From: a virus
Taxonomy: Duplodnaviria; Heunggongvirae; Uroviricota; Caudoviricetes
Direction: 5' to 3' (one strand)
IMG/VR virus record: IMGVR_UViG_3300003310_000099
Location: 234,295 to 298,294 of that record
DNA length: 64,000 nucleotides
The position numbers were made by a program, and so were the translations under genes. The notes under the pieces were generated by a model that saw nothing but the letters and a program-made list of their open reading frames with translations, made no database searches and was not told the DNA's origin. Positions 19,753 through 28,542 of this stretch are shown here, one piece after another. Positions within the stretch are counted from its first letter, which is position 1, and the number at the start of each line of letters is the position of its first letter.

Positions 19753-19926
19753 ATGATTACCTACAACCAAATTAAGAATCTGCCGAACAATCATCCTCTG
19801 GTCGAACAGTTTAAGCGAGAACTGCAAGACTTTGAGATGTATGAAAAGCGTATTGGCGACAATAATCCATTGGCGGATGAAGAATCCAAGGCTTATTTCG
19901 ACCGTTATATTGCGGGGGACCGATGA
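19753..19926 (+). CDS. 57-aa protein (leaderless; not in ORF track)
   Basis: MITYNQIKNL...; ATGA-coupled to next gene. Confidence 0.7.
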   Translation: MITYNQIKNLPNNHPLVEQFKRELQDFEMYEKRIGDNNPLADEESKAYFDRYIAGDR

Positions 19927-20183
19927 CGCCACATGATTTTCGCACAGTCGCTCATGACATGTGGACTAAGATTGCTTGGACTGATGAAGAATTACTTCAA
20001 GCACTCAAGGTCCACTACTGTCTTCTAGCTTATTTCTGTGAGCGTGGCGAAGGAATGATTTCTTTCGCTCTCCAAATGGAATTGAGTGCATTGGAGGGCT
20101 ATGCCAACGCCAGGAAGTGGAAGTGCAGTAATGATGGCACTAATACTTGGCAAATTAGGCGAAAAGATGGGACGCTTGCATGA
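19923..20183 (+). CDS. hypothetical protein
   Basis: coupled ORF. Confidence 0.65.
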   Translation: MTPHDFRTVAHDMWTKIAWTDEELLQALKVHYCLLAYFCERGEGMISFALQMELSALEGYANARKWKCSNDGTNTWQIRRKDGTLA

Positions 20184-20380
20184 TAAATATATACATGGTT
20201 GAATACATGGATAAGAGTGCTGGTATTGGTAAGCAGTTCTATTACGATGACCAGAGACTTGAGTTAGTTGGGCAAGATGAAATGCACGTTCCTTATTTTG
20301 CCCCGATCAATGACAAGAGTAAGAGATTTACGCTGCCCGATGGTGAACATATCGCACAACAGTTGATGTGCGGGGAATAG
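20180..20380 (+). CDS. hypothetical protein
   Basis: coupled ORF. Confidence 0.6.
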   Translation: MINIYMVEYMDKSAGIGKQFYYDDQRLELVGQDEMHVPYFAPINDKSKRFTLPDGEHIAQQLMCGE

Positions 20381-20389
20381 GAGTTTGCC

Positions 20390-20929
20390 TTGACTGAGAA
20401 CGTTAATGGAATGCAAGCTGCGGTTAATCAAAATCCTTTCGATACTGTAACCCGTTTAGTTTATGCTGATGCTCTTGAAGAAGCTGGCAATTGGAAAGAA
20501 TCCTGTTATCAGCGCAGGTTTGCTCAACGACTTGAAAAGCCATTAACCGATAAGCAAATTGAACAGCTTGAGGCTGATTTGAAGCGGGCTAATGGCAAGC
20601 GACGTGAACGCACCTTGAGTCTTGAAAATTGCATTAATTGTGCAAGGCGTGCATTGCTTGACGATGAGCGTTGGTCTTATGTTGCGGGCGGTACTGTGGC
20701 CAATGCTTATGGATATCGCAGTTATCAAACGGTTTGCGTTGCTGCGGTTCGTTCTAATGGCACGGTCAGGATTGGTGTTGCAGTGACTAGCGGCACTAAG
20801 GGGTCTAGTCCTACCACTCCTGTATGCGGTCTTAACAAGAATGCTGACAAAAAGGCTTTTCGTGCCTGGGCTGATAATAAGGATTCTGCGTTCACTATCA
20901 TAAGGTGCAGTCGTTCTAGTGGAGGATAA
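20390..20929 (+). CDS. TIGR02996-domain protein
   Basis: NPFDTVTRLVYADALEEAG. Confidence 0.75.
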   Translation: MTENVNGMQAAVNQNPFDTVTRLVYADALEEAGNWKESCYQRRFAQRLEKPLTDKQIEQLEADLKRANGKRRERTLSLENCINCARRALLDDERWSYVAGGTVANAYGYRSYQTVCVAAVRSNGTVRIGVAVTSGTKGSSPTTPVCGLNKNADKKAFRAWADNKDSAFTIIRCSRSSGG

Positions 20930-20931
20930 TC

Positions 20932-21336
20932 ATGTCCATTAAGTATGATTCAAAGACGAAGCGAGTCAAGCAGCAGATTTCTACCCTGAGCATGTACAAC
21001 TTTGAGGGAGAATTCTCCAAGGCTATCAAATATCTTCAAGATGAATTTAAGTCATTGAAAAAGAGTTATTCTAAACCTACCAAGGTAGTGGAATATAACT
21101 ATAATGGCGGTGCATACGCCGATGGCACTAGGGAAAAGAAAGTTTCCTTTGACAAGTTCTTTATCGAAGAAGGCCAAGATTATGAAGGTGATAAGGAACT
21201 GCAAATTTGGGGCGAGCGTGACATTCTTCCCGAAGAAATGGAAGGTTTGAAAGAAAAGGAGAAGAAGGAGGAAGAAGCTCGTACCGAATGGAAGCGTAAG
21301 CAATTTGAGGCTCTTAAAAAGGAATTTGGCGAATGA
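20932..21336 (+). CDS. hypothetical protein
   Basis: SD GGAGG. Confidence 0.7.
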   Translation: MSIKYDSKTKRVKQQISTLSMYNFEGEFSKAIKYLQDEFKSLKKSYSKPTKVVEYNYNGGAYADGTREKKVSFDKFFIEEGQDYEGDKELQIWGERDILPEEMEGLKEKEKKEEEARTEWKRKQFEALKKEFGE

Positions 21337-21578
21337 TAATGCCTTTTGATTGGGCAGTTTTGACTATCGAAGAAGCCAAGCTGCTCATGGAATATATTGA
21401 GAAGTCTACGGCGACGAAGACCCAACCGAAGTATTATGAAAAGATACAGAGGCTGGGTATGTTGCCTATTTATGAAAAACTGCGAGAGTTCGTAGAATTA
21501 AATAGCCATTATCAGGGTCTGCGAACCCTTAACATTGGCGACTTGGCAACCTTAACGGACCCCTGGAATGATGAGTGA
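21333..21578 (+). CDS. hypothetical protein
   Basis: coupled ORF. Confidence 0.6.
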   Translation: MIMPFDWAVLTIEEAKLLMEYIEKSTATKTQPKYYEKIQRLGMLPIYEKLREFVELNSHYQGLRTLNIGDLATLTDPWNDE

Positions 21579-21864
21579 TATCAAAATAATTAGCAGTGTA
21601 TTAGAAGGTGTAATGCTTCGCCCAAGCATGTACATTGGCCAACTGCATCTGGACCGTTTCCAATGTTTTATTTGCGGCTATATCTGTGGCAGTAACAATG
21701 ACTGCCAAGAATGGTATGATTTTGGTGAATGGATAATGAAAAAGTATCGTATTGCTCATTCGTCCATTGGGCCTTGTGGTGTGGTTGCTGAAAGGTTTGG
21801 CTGGAAAAAGCGTGGCTTGAAAGAACTTGTCCGCTTATGGAATGAATACAAGTGCAAAAAGTAG
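21568..21864 (+). CDS. hypothetical protein
   Basis: RPSMYIG motif. Confidence 0.65.
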   Translation: MMSDIKIISSVLEGVMLRPSMYIGQLHLDRFQCFICGYICGSNNDCQEWYDFGEWIMKKYRIAHSSIGPCGVVAERFGWKKRGLKELVRLWNEYKCKK

Positions 21865-22406
21865 CAATTTTAGGTCTAGCTGGTGATCCTCCTCATAACG
21901 GGCATAAAGCAGTCATGCAGCTTGCCTCTCGTTATGTGGATGAAGTTTGGCTCATGCCATGCTATTTACATAAATTCAAAACCCCCATTGCATCACCAGA
22001 AGATCGTTTGGCAATGTGCAGTTTGGTAGGCAAGACTAGCAATTACGAAATCAATCATAAGTTCTACGGCTATACCTTTGATATTGTCAACAATCTCAAA
22101 AAGGATATGCCTTATGATTTTAGTTTTGTAATTGGGCAGGACAATGCAGACCATATTAATACTTGGTGTAACTGGCAGGAACTAATTAAGCTGGTCCGAT
22201 TCATTGTAATACCTAGAGGCAACACGAAGCCATTGCAGGATTGGTATTTGAAGGATGGTCATATTTTCGCAGATGGAGTTGACGGACAGAATTGTAGTAG
22301 TACCAAGATCAGAGAGTTGATTAAGAAGAATAAATATGAAGAGGCAGGGGTTTATTTAGACCCTAATGTATTGCAATACATAAAGGATAAAGAGCTATAT
22401 GTCTGA
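21852..22406 (+). CDS. nadD: nicotinate/nicotinamide mononucleotide adenylyltransferase
   Basis: DPPHNGH, VIGQDN, SSTKIR. Confidence 0.85.
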   Translation: MQKVAILGLAGDPPHNGHKAVMQLASRYVDEVWLMPCYLHKFKTPIASPEDRLAMCSLVGKTSNYEINHKFYGYTFDIVNNLKKDMPYDFSFVIGQDNADHINTWCNWQELIKLVRFIVIPRGNTKPLQDWYLKDGHIFADGVDGQNCSSTKIRELIKKNKYEEAGVYLDPNVLQYIKDKELYV

Positions 22407-22656
22407 ACGTACAACAGCTAGATTACTCCGACGTGAAGGAATAAGGATTATGGATGAAAAGGTAGCAATAGCGGCATATAAGCCGAGATGTGTATGTTTG
22501 TTTTGTGCGAAGAGTGTTCCATTAGAGAAGACTGAGGAAGCATTTGCCCAGCATGAACCGAATTGCGAATGGGTGAAACATACTCGTACTAATTGGGAGA
22601 ATTGGAATGGACGTAAACGAGATGACGCCAACGCAGCTACGGGAACTGGCTGCTAA
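22399..22656 (+). CDS. hypothetical protein
   Basis: CLFC...HEPNC. Confidence 0.5.
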   Translation: MSERTTARLLRREGIRIMDEKVAIAAYKPRCVCLFCAKSVPLEKTEEAFAQHEPNCEWVKHTRTNWENWNGRKRDDANAATGTGC

Positions 22657-22968
22657 AAAGGAAAAAGAGGCTTCTGAGCGAATAAGCCATGTTGGTTATT
22701 TGAAAATGGATTTGTTTGATTTTGATGCACCAACTGGTCTTGATTCTTATGGCGAAACTAGGTATAGATTTTGTTTAAAACCAAAGAACAAAGAGACAGA
22801 CTTATCAAACAGTTTGAAGAAAAATTTGCGTTGGTAATGGACAAAGGTACAAAATTTGTCCGTTATGCTGAATGTGGCTCTTGGTGGGATACCGTGAATT
22901 ATGGCGTAGAAAATATGAGTGACGAGTGGGCTGGAATTTATTTGGAAAACATTGAGGAGTGCAAATGA
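22607..22968 (+). CDS. two overlapping ORFs possibly joined by -1 frameshift
   Basis: T TTA AAA heptamer at 22774-22780 in the correct frame. Confidence 0.45.
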
Positions 22969-23465
22969 GCCTGGACTATACCACCTATCTTGGTCCTTAT
23001 CTCCAGTGTAAAGTCAGCAAAACTGACTCTATGACCACTCGTAGAACCTGCACTAACAGTGCTTGCCCAAACCAGAACGGTCACATGAACAGCAAATTCT
23101 GCTATGAATGTGGTTCACCGATTGGCGATGTGGGATTCATTGTGAAAGCAAATAAAGTGGATTCTGGTGATATTCGAGAAGCAATCCATAATGATATGTG
23201 TCCTCCAGGTGGAGAATATTTTTACAAATTATCAAGGGATCAAGGAATCGACATTTGGATTGGTAATCTTTATCGCACCAAAAATTCTCGCCCATTTAGC
23301 TTTGATAGGGAAGAATCACAGCTAATTCCTATTGGTGCTGGTGTGATGAAGGGCGAGATTGATGAGTTTGTTGCTCAGTACGCCAAACAAATTGAGGTGA
23401 TTGAAAAGGCGTATGGAAAGGATAATGTAGAGTTGAAATGGGGTTTAATTCATTATATTTGTTGA
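22965..23465 (+). CDS. zinc-ribbon-containing protein
   Basis: C..C / FCYECG. Confidence 0.7.
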   Translation: MSLDYTTYLGPYLQCKVSKTDSMTTRRTCTNSACPNQNGHMNSKFCYECGSPIGDVGFIVKANKVDSGDIREAIHNDMCPPGGEYFYKLSRDQGIDIWIGNLYRTKNSRPFSFDREESQLIPIGAGVMKGEIDEFVAQYAKQIEVIEKAYGKDNVELKWGLIHYIC

Positions 23466-23581
23466 GGCAAACATGTTTGAAAAATTTTTGTATTACTATG
23501 TTGTTGGGATGTTTTGGATTTTGTTTTTCTCGCCACTTATTGTACTTGTTCTAATGTTGACTCGGTTGTTTTAAGGACATT

Positions 23582-24085
23582 ATGAAAGTAGCTTATTTTG
23601 TATTGGGTCCAGAGTCTAGTGGCACCCGCATGTTGACCGAAGCATTCATTAAATCTGGATGCTACGGCGACTGTGGCATAGACCAAAAAATGGATGATAT
23701 GAATTTCTCCGAAAGCTTAATTGTTTTTAGGAGAAGTTTGCCACATGGGGGCATCTGGCCCAACCTCCGTTACATAATTGAAAAGATGAAAAATGCTGGT
23801 TATAGAATTCATCCAATAATGATTTTGAGAGATAAGTTCTATACAGTTAAGTCCCAAGTCAAAAACCAGCATGTTGCCAATGAGATAGAGGCAAAAGACA
23901 ACATTCGTTTTGCAATAGAATACGCATATAGAAATCTGGCTGCGGTAGGATTGACTCCTACAGTTGTGTTGTATGAGATATTTGTTAAATACCCTGAAGT
24001 AAGGGAATTGATTTTTAAGTCTTTTGGGTTAATGCCGCCAATCATGGAATTCCATGATGGTAATTTGCAATATCAAGGAGTTTAG
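23582..24085 (+). CDS. sulfotransferase-like P-loop protein
   Basis: VLGPESSGTRML, ILRD, LYE. Confidence 0.6.
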   Translation: MKVAYFVLGPESSGTRMLTEAFIKSGCYGDCGIDQKMDDMNFSESLIVFRRSLPHGGIWPNLRYIIEKMKNAGYRIHPIMILRDKFYTVKSQVKNQHVANEIEAKDNIRFAIEYAYRNLAAVGLTPTVVLYEIFVKYPEVRELIFKSFGLMPPIMEFHDGNLQYQGV

Positions 24086-24087
24086 TA

Positions 24088-24429
24088 ATGATTACTCTGG
24101 CATGGGCAACCAAACGTCTGTTGATGGCTGAAATCTGCAATGAGGATGAAGGTGGCGTTACACCCGCTACCATTAGCTCTGCACTTGAAAGTGTGCGGTC
24201 GGGCTATGATCCAGCCCCCGAAGAAGAATTCGATATGAAGAAAGTCGAGGCTCAATTAACAGAATTGCTTGATGAGTTTCCTAATGGTCTTGCTAGTGAT
24301 TTTTTAGTTAAGGCGGATTGGGATATGCGATTTGAAATTGCACAGCGTAGGGAACGAATGAAGAGACGTGCTGCCAAAAGCTTAGCTGTACCGAGTGATG
24401 AGTTGGAACCTTCAAATCAGGGGGAATAA
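24088..24429 (+). CDS. hypothetical protein
   Basis: C-terminus reads through element (LAVPS). Confidence 0.65.
   Translation: MITLAWATKRLLMAEICNEDEGGVTPATISSALESVRSGYDPAPEEEFDMKKVEAQLTELLDEFPNGLASDFLVKADWDMRFEIAQRRERMKRRAAKSLAVPSDELEPSNQGE
24381..24396 (+). promoter_or_regulatory. element copy 6
   Basis: exact core. Confidence 0.8.
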
Positions 24430-24432
24430 ACT

Positions 24433-25287
24433 ATGCGTCGTGGTTGCAATGGCGGCTGGCTTGGTGAAAATAAAGAAAAGCCTCATGAGGGCAGCTTCAT
24501 GGGGGTGAATTTAGGGGCTTCATTCTGTGCCGAGCATGAATGGGGCGTCAAGCGACTAAATCAATGCCTTGGTATCAATAGTGATAGTAAAGTCATGGGC
24601 ATTAAGCGTTACCATGTCGGCAAGGTTGCGGAAGGTGTTATTACCTTGATGGAAGAACCCAACGATGTGGCACTCATTATTGAGGAACCTTCGTCTTGGA
24701 ATAAGCGGGACAAGATTGACAACGTGAGTAGGGAACTCACTTTTTCTTCGTACTCCAAGACTCCTGATTTCGCTACTGCTTGGGACGAAAAGAGCCTTGG
24801 TATTCGTGTCAAGGGTGAAAAGAACATTAAGAAGTTGAAGCGAGTACATGAAGCTTTATTGAACAATGATGCGGCTGTTTGGTTGGGGGGTGGTCATGTT
24901 TTCGAGAATGCTGGTCTTGTGATCGGTATTGTCAGTTTGATCCCCAAGGAAATGAAAGATACGATGAAGGCCGCTCACGAAGATCGAAAAAAGCTTGAGG
25001 ATGCTTCGGAGAAGTGCGGCATCAAGCAGCGTATTGATGAAATTAATAACAATTTCAGCAAGGAACATCCTGGTTGTTATGATACTCCGCTTGGTTATTT
25101 TGCTTTAAGTCCGTCTTGGAAGCGGAGCGACATGAAGACTAAGCATCCAGTGATGTACTGGTTGAATCCACGGCATCAGGACAAGGTGAACTATGGTTGG
25201 TTCACCGTCGAACAGCTTGAGCAGTGGATTGAAGGCAAGGGACCGATCCCCATGACTAAGAAACAGATGAATGAAAGGCGACGATGA
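24433..25287 (+). CDS. hypothetical phage protein
   Basis: 284 aa ORF. Confidence 0.75.
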   Translation: MRRGCNGGWLGENKEKPHEGSFMGVNLGASFCAEHEWGVKRLNQCLGINSDSKVMGIKRYHVGKVAEGVITLMEEPNDVALIIEEPSSWNKRDKIDNVSRELTFSSYSKTPDFATAWDEKSLGIRVKGEKNIKKLKRVHEALLNNDAAVWLGGGHVFENAGLVIGIVSLIPKEMKDTMKAAHEDRKKLEDASEKCGIKQRIDEINNNFSKEHPGCYDTPLGYFALSPSWKRSDMKTKHPVMYWLNPRHQDKVNYGWFTVEQLEQWIEGKGPIPMTKKQMNERRR

Positions 25288-25464
25288 GTTATTATTCAAC
25301 TGCTGACGCAAAGTACAAGAGTGCTTGTGACCATATAAAAGAAGCGATTAGAGATTTGTCTGCCATTGTGGTTGATGAAGTGGATGGCTACAGCGACCAC
25401 AATGACTTCCATGTTATAGAAGCTTTGCAGGAACTAATCGCAATTAAGAAAAAGCTCGAATAAC

Positions 25465-25480
25465 CTTAGCTGTACCGAGT
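25465..25480 (+). promoter_or_regulatory. element copy 7
   Basis: exact core; AGGAGG begins at +21. Confidence 0.85.
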
Positions 25481-25496
25481 GATGCAGGAGGAACCA

Positions 25497-25823
25497 ATGC
25501 CTGATTTTAACATCGAAGCTTTTTACCACTGTATCACTGCTGAACGCTTCCGTACAGAAGTTAAGGGCAGCAAAGGCAATTACACCGTAGAGTTTGGTCC
25601 GTCACAGGGTCGATATGAATACGATTACACTTGTAATTGCCAAGCGTTTAAGTTTGGTAAAGGCAAGCCATGTAAACACATCGAGGAAGTAATTGATTCT
25701 GGCAAACGTTGCGGCTGGATGCAAGTAATTGATGGCGGTATACCGCTTGAACCCCTGTGCGATGGGCACAAGGTATGTCCAAGGTGTGGTAGTGACGTAA
25801 GTGTTGCACGGCACGCAGTTTAA
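25497..25823 (+). CDS. SWIM zinc-finger protein
   Basis: YTCNC...PCKH; CPRC. Confidence 0.8.
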   Translation: MPDFNIEAFYHCITAERFRTEVKGSKGNYTVEFGPSQGRYEYDYTCNCQAFKFGKGKPCKHIEEVIDSGKRCGWMQVIDGGIPLEPLCDGHKVCPRCGSDVSVARHAV

Positions 25824-25833
25824 GGAGAATAAA

Positions 25834-26121
25834 GTGGAAGTAGAATATAAAAGCTATAGGTACGGTAAAGAATCTGTGGAAGTAGAAAGCGTCCAGGCTT
25901 TCCTTCATGACCAGATTCTTTATAAAGAAGAATACAGTGGTGGGCGTGAAAGGGTGCGACTTGAAGCTCAGCCTGAATTGGTCTGTGCTGCTTTGGGTCG
26001 TTTGGTGAATCGGCTTTTGGACAAGGGTGTTCTCAACCTGGAAGATTTGCATTTCATTGCTGATACGGGTTGGTCGATGAAGGATTTGAAGTTGAAGCCC
26101 GAAGAAAAGGACGAATCGTGA
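25834..26121 (+). CDS. hypothetical protein
   Basis: GTG start after AAGGAG. Confidence 0.6.
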   Translation: MEVEYKSYRYGKESVEVESVQAFLHDQILYKEEYSGGRERVRLEAQPELVCAALGRLVNRLLDKGVLNLEDLHFIADTGWSMKDLKLKPEEKDES

Positions 26122-26228
26122 GGCGCTAATTACTGTAGTTTACAGCCCCGTTCGTTTTGATTAGTGAAAACCAAGGGTCGTGAGGCGAATAATTACAATT
26201 AGTTTACAGCCCCGCCCTTGGTTTTCAT
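26108..26228 (+). ncRNA. tandem duplicated structured RNA motif
   Basis: two copies of TCGTGAGGCG..TAATTAC..TAGTTTACAGCCCCG, each closed by a different stem. Confidence 0.6.
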
Positions 26229-26246
26229 AATTTTCATGGAGTTGAA

Positions 26247-26726
26247 ATGAAATATGCACTGATTGACCTTGGCCCACCGCAAGGTCCAGTCTATTCCACT
26301 GCTTACCTTCACACACCTAAAGGCAACTTTATGGTGAAAGGTAATCATTTTATAATTACCAATCATTTGGCAAGTGATGATTTTCCACCTTTTTTTGGTA
26401 AGATTTTGATTCATCGCCATAAGCGTGCAGGGTCACTTTGTAATCTTATTAGTAAAGGTGTGAGGCTCAGCGTTAAACGAGAAGGTAAACGGGCATATTA
26501 CTTCTTTGAAAGTGAAGATGGTGGTTTTCTTTTTAAGAAAACCAGGCGTTTACCAAACAAGTGGATTAATTGTATTGAGCCTGATGTAAAGACTCATCTT
26601 CTGGTATCGGCGGATTACCTGGAGGAAAAAGGTCTTATTATCGGTGCTGAGTTCATTAGGCGTAAAGTTGAAGCGATGCCTGGGCATCCCAAGATTTATC
26701 AAACTTGTCCTCTTAGGAGAGTTTAA
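26247..26726 (+). CDS. hypothetical protein with TIGR02996-like C-terminal motif
   Basis: LLVSADYLEEKG. Confidence 0.6.
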   Translation: MKYALIDLGPPQGPVYSTAYLHTPKGNFMVKGNHFIITNHLASDDFPPFFGKILIHRHKRAGSLCNLISKGVRLSVKREGKRAYYFFESEDGGFLFKKTRRLPNKWINCIEPDVKTHLLVSADYLEEKGLIIGAEFIRRKVEAMPGHPKIYQTCPLRRV

Positions 26727-26971
26727 TGTACAATTCCGTTGAGGAAATCATTGAAGATTGTAAGAATAAGGGTATTGCTTCATGGGGGGATTATTACATT
26801 GAGCATAAGCGGGATACCCTGTTCGAGCAAGGTTATACAAAGCTTTACAAATATGCTCATCCCGATTCGTTGAGCATGAATCATCTTATTGACAGGGGCG
26901 ATCTTGAAGAATTGGCTTGGGATTTGATGCTTTACAATGAGCCTGTTGAAACTGTATGGGGTAATTTCTAA
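26726..26971 (+). CDS. hypothetical protein
   Basis: coupled ORF. Confidence 0.6.
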   Translation: MYNSVEEIIEDCKNKGIASWGDYYIEHKRDTLFEQGYTKLYKYAHPDSLSMNHLIDRGDLEELAWDLMLYNEPVETVWGNF

Positions 26972-26978
26972 ATAAACT

Positions 26979-27158
26979 ATGAGACGAGCAGAAATTAAAA
27001 CTAAAACTGTTACACAAAGCAATGATGCACATTGCCACAATCCACGGTCTAACGGGCATAAAAACCGTAAATCAATCAGGCGAAATAGCTCCAAGAGGCT
27101 AAGGCAATTAGTAAAACGGGATACCTTAGCTGTACTGAGTCAGGTACAGGAGAACTAA
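26979..27158 (+). CDS. small basic protein (59 aa; not in ORF track)
   Basis: CTAAATA-AACT-ATG; Arg/Lys-rich. Confidence 0.5.
   Translation: MRRAEIKTKTVTQSNDAHCHNPRSNGHKNRKSIRRNSSKRLRQLVKRDTLAVLSQVQEN
27125..27140 (+). promoter_or_regulatory. element copy 8
   Basis: CTTAGCTGTACTGAGT. Confidence 0.8.
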
Positions 27159-27160
27159 AA

Positions 27161-27541
27161 ATGCACTCGACCAATTACACTTACGAAGACGAAAAGAACA
27201 ATCGTGTTCTGGAAATTGATGTTCGGTATTCCCCGATTCCGTATACGCCTGCCCGATTGACGGCAGACCCTTACTATTCTGAGCCTGCTGATGGCGGGTA
27301 TTGCGAAGATTTCGATTTCAAGGTAATTCGTTGTACCACTTATGACGATGATGGGAATATCGTTAAGGATGATTTCACCAAGGAAGAGTTGAATCTTCTG
27401 ACGGCTGAATTTGATGAGATTTTCAATAACGATCAGAAGTTGCAGGAGCAAATCAACGACATTTGCATGGAAGCATCTGAGCGTGATTATGACGATGAAG
27501 GTTCCTGTTATGATGACGACGATTACGGGTGGCTTCCATGA
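27161..27541 (+). CDS. highly acidic protein
   Basis: Asp/Glu-rich; SD AGGAG. Confidence 0.7.
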   Translation: MHSTNYTYEDEKNNRVLEIDVRYSPIPYTPARLTADPYYSEPADGGYCEDFDFKVIRCTTYDDDGNIVKDDFTKEELNLLTAEFDEIFNNDQKLQEQINDICMEASERDYDDEGSCYDDDDYGWLP

Positions 27542-27756
27542 TCGTAAAAATTCAGCCTATTGAGCAATGGACTGGTCAAACCTACGAAGATAAGGCAGTC
27601 TATCTCGATGTGCCAGATAGCGTTGATGTAGATATTATTACATTAAATGATCCAAACATATTTTACTATGGGGAGAATGCTGACCTCTTAATCCAAGAGC
27701 TAATACGTCTAGGTTCAAAAGTCATAGACTGCCCTATCAAGGTGATTCATGTGTAA
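27538..27756 (+). CDS. hypothetical protein
   Basis: ATGA-coupled. Confidence 0.6.
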   Translation: MIVKIQPIEQWTGQTYEDKAVYLDVPDSVDVDIITLNDPNIFYYGENADLLIQELIRLGSKVIDCPIKVIHV

Positions 27757-27917
27757 AAAAAGTACGTCGAATTACACTCGTAGACATTGGCTCCACAAGG
27801 CATACTTGGTTGGATTTGATGCAGGTGTTAAAAAGAATGATGAGTGTCCGTATTGTTGCGGCACCAAAGAGTGGGAATGGTGGTGGGCTGGTTGGGGGGA
27901 AGGAGTTTTAGCTTAAA

Positions 27918-28109
27918 ATGGAAAACGACCGTTATATTCCGTGTCAGTGTTGCAGGCAGCGACTCAAGGATTGGAATTGGTATATCTGCAATGAATGCAG
28001 TTTCCGTGTATGCCCAAGCTGTCTTAGTCGGCATCGTGGGCCTTATGGCAACGGTGGTATGAAATGCTCACAGTGCGATTATGGCAGACTTCGCCAGGAG
28101 CGAAACTAA
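27918..28109 (+). CDS. zinc-finger protein
   Basis: four CxxC pairs. Confidence 0.65.
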   Translation: MENDRYIPCQCCRQRLKDWNWYICNECSFRVCPSCLSRHRGPYGNGGMKCSQCDYGRLRQERN

Positions 28110-28309
28110 TGAATCTTGCACCTAATGAAACGCTTAACAAGCTTATGAAAATGCCTTCTCAGGCGTTTACGGTTGAGGAACTCAAGTATCTTATTACTTT
28201 GAGTTATCCGTATCCTATTGGCTTTGAGAAGAATTTAGAGAGGATTTACAACCGACTTAGGGAAGTACCGCCAGAAGCTGGTGGTTTAGCAGGGGGCTAT
28301 TTGCAGTAA
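28109..28309 (+). CDS. hypothetical protein
   Basis: TAATG-coupled. Confidence 0.6.
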   Translation: MNLAPNETLNKLMKMPSQAFTVEELKYLITLSYPYPIGFEKNLERIYNRLREVPPEAGGLAGGYLQ

Positions 28310-28515
28310 TGGACGCTATTAAGAAAAATCTGACTGATATTCTGAATGAAATGGAAGTCCCTGCCATGAGGCGGGAGTTAAATATCCAGAACTTAAAGTG
28401 GTTGGCTCGTAATCTCCACTTTAAGAACAAGGATAAGGATAGTTTTCCTTCGGCAATTCATTTTATTACGACTTTGTTATGGATGCAAGGTGAACAATCG
28501 GTAACTATTGAATAA
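28309..28515 (+). CDS. hypothetical protein, paralogous to C-terminal domain of 45493-46335
   Basis: MEVPA..WLARNL..FPSAIH. Confidence 0.7.
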   Translation: MDAIKKNLTDILNEMEVPAMRRELNIQNLKWLARNLHFKNKDKDSFPSAIHFITTLLWMQGEQSVTIE

Positions 28516-28542
28516 AATCAGATCAGATTTTATATATAAAGT

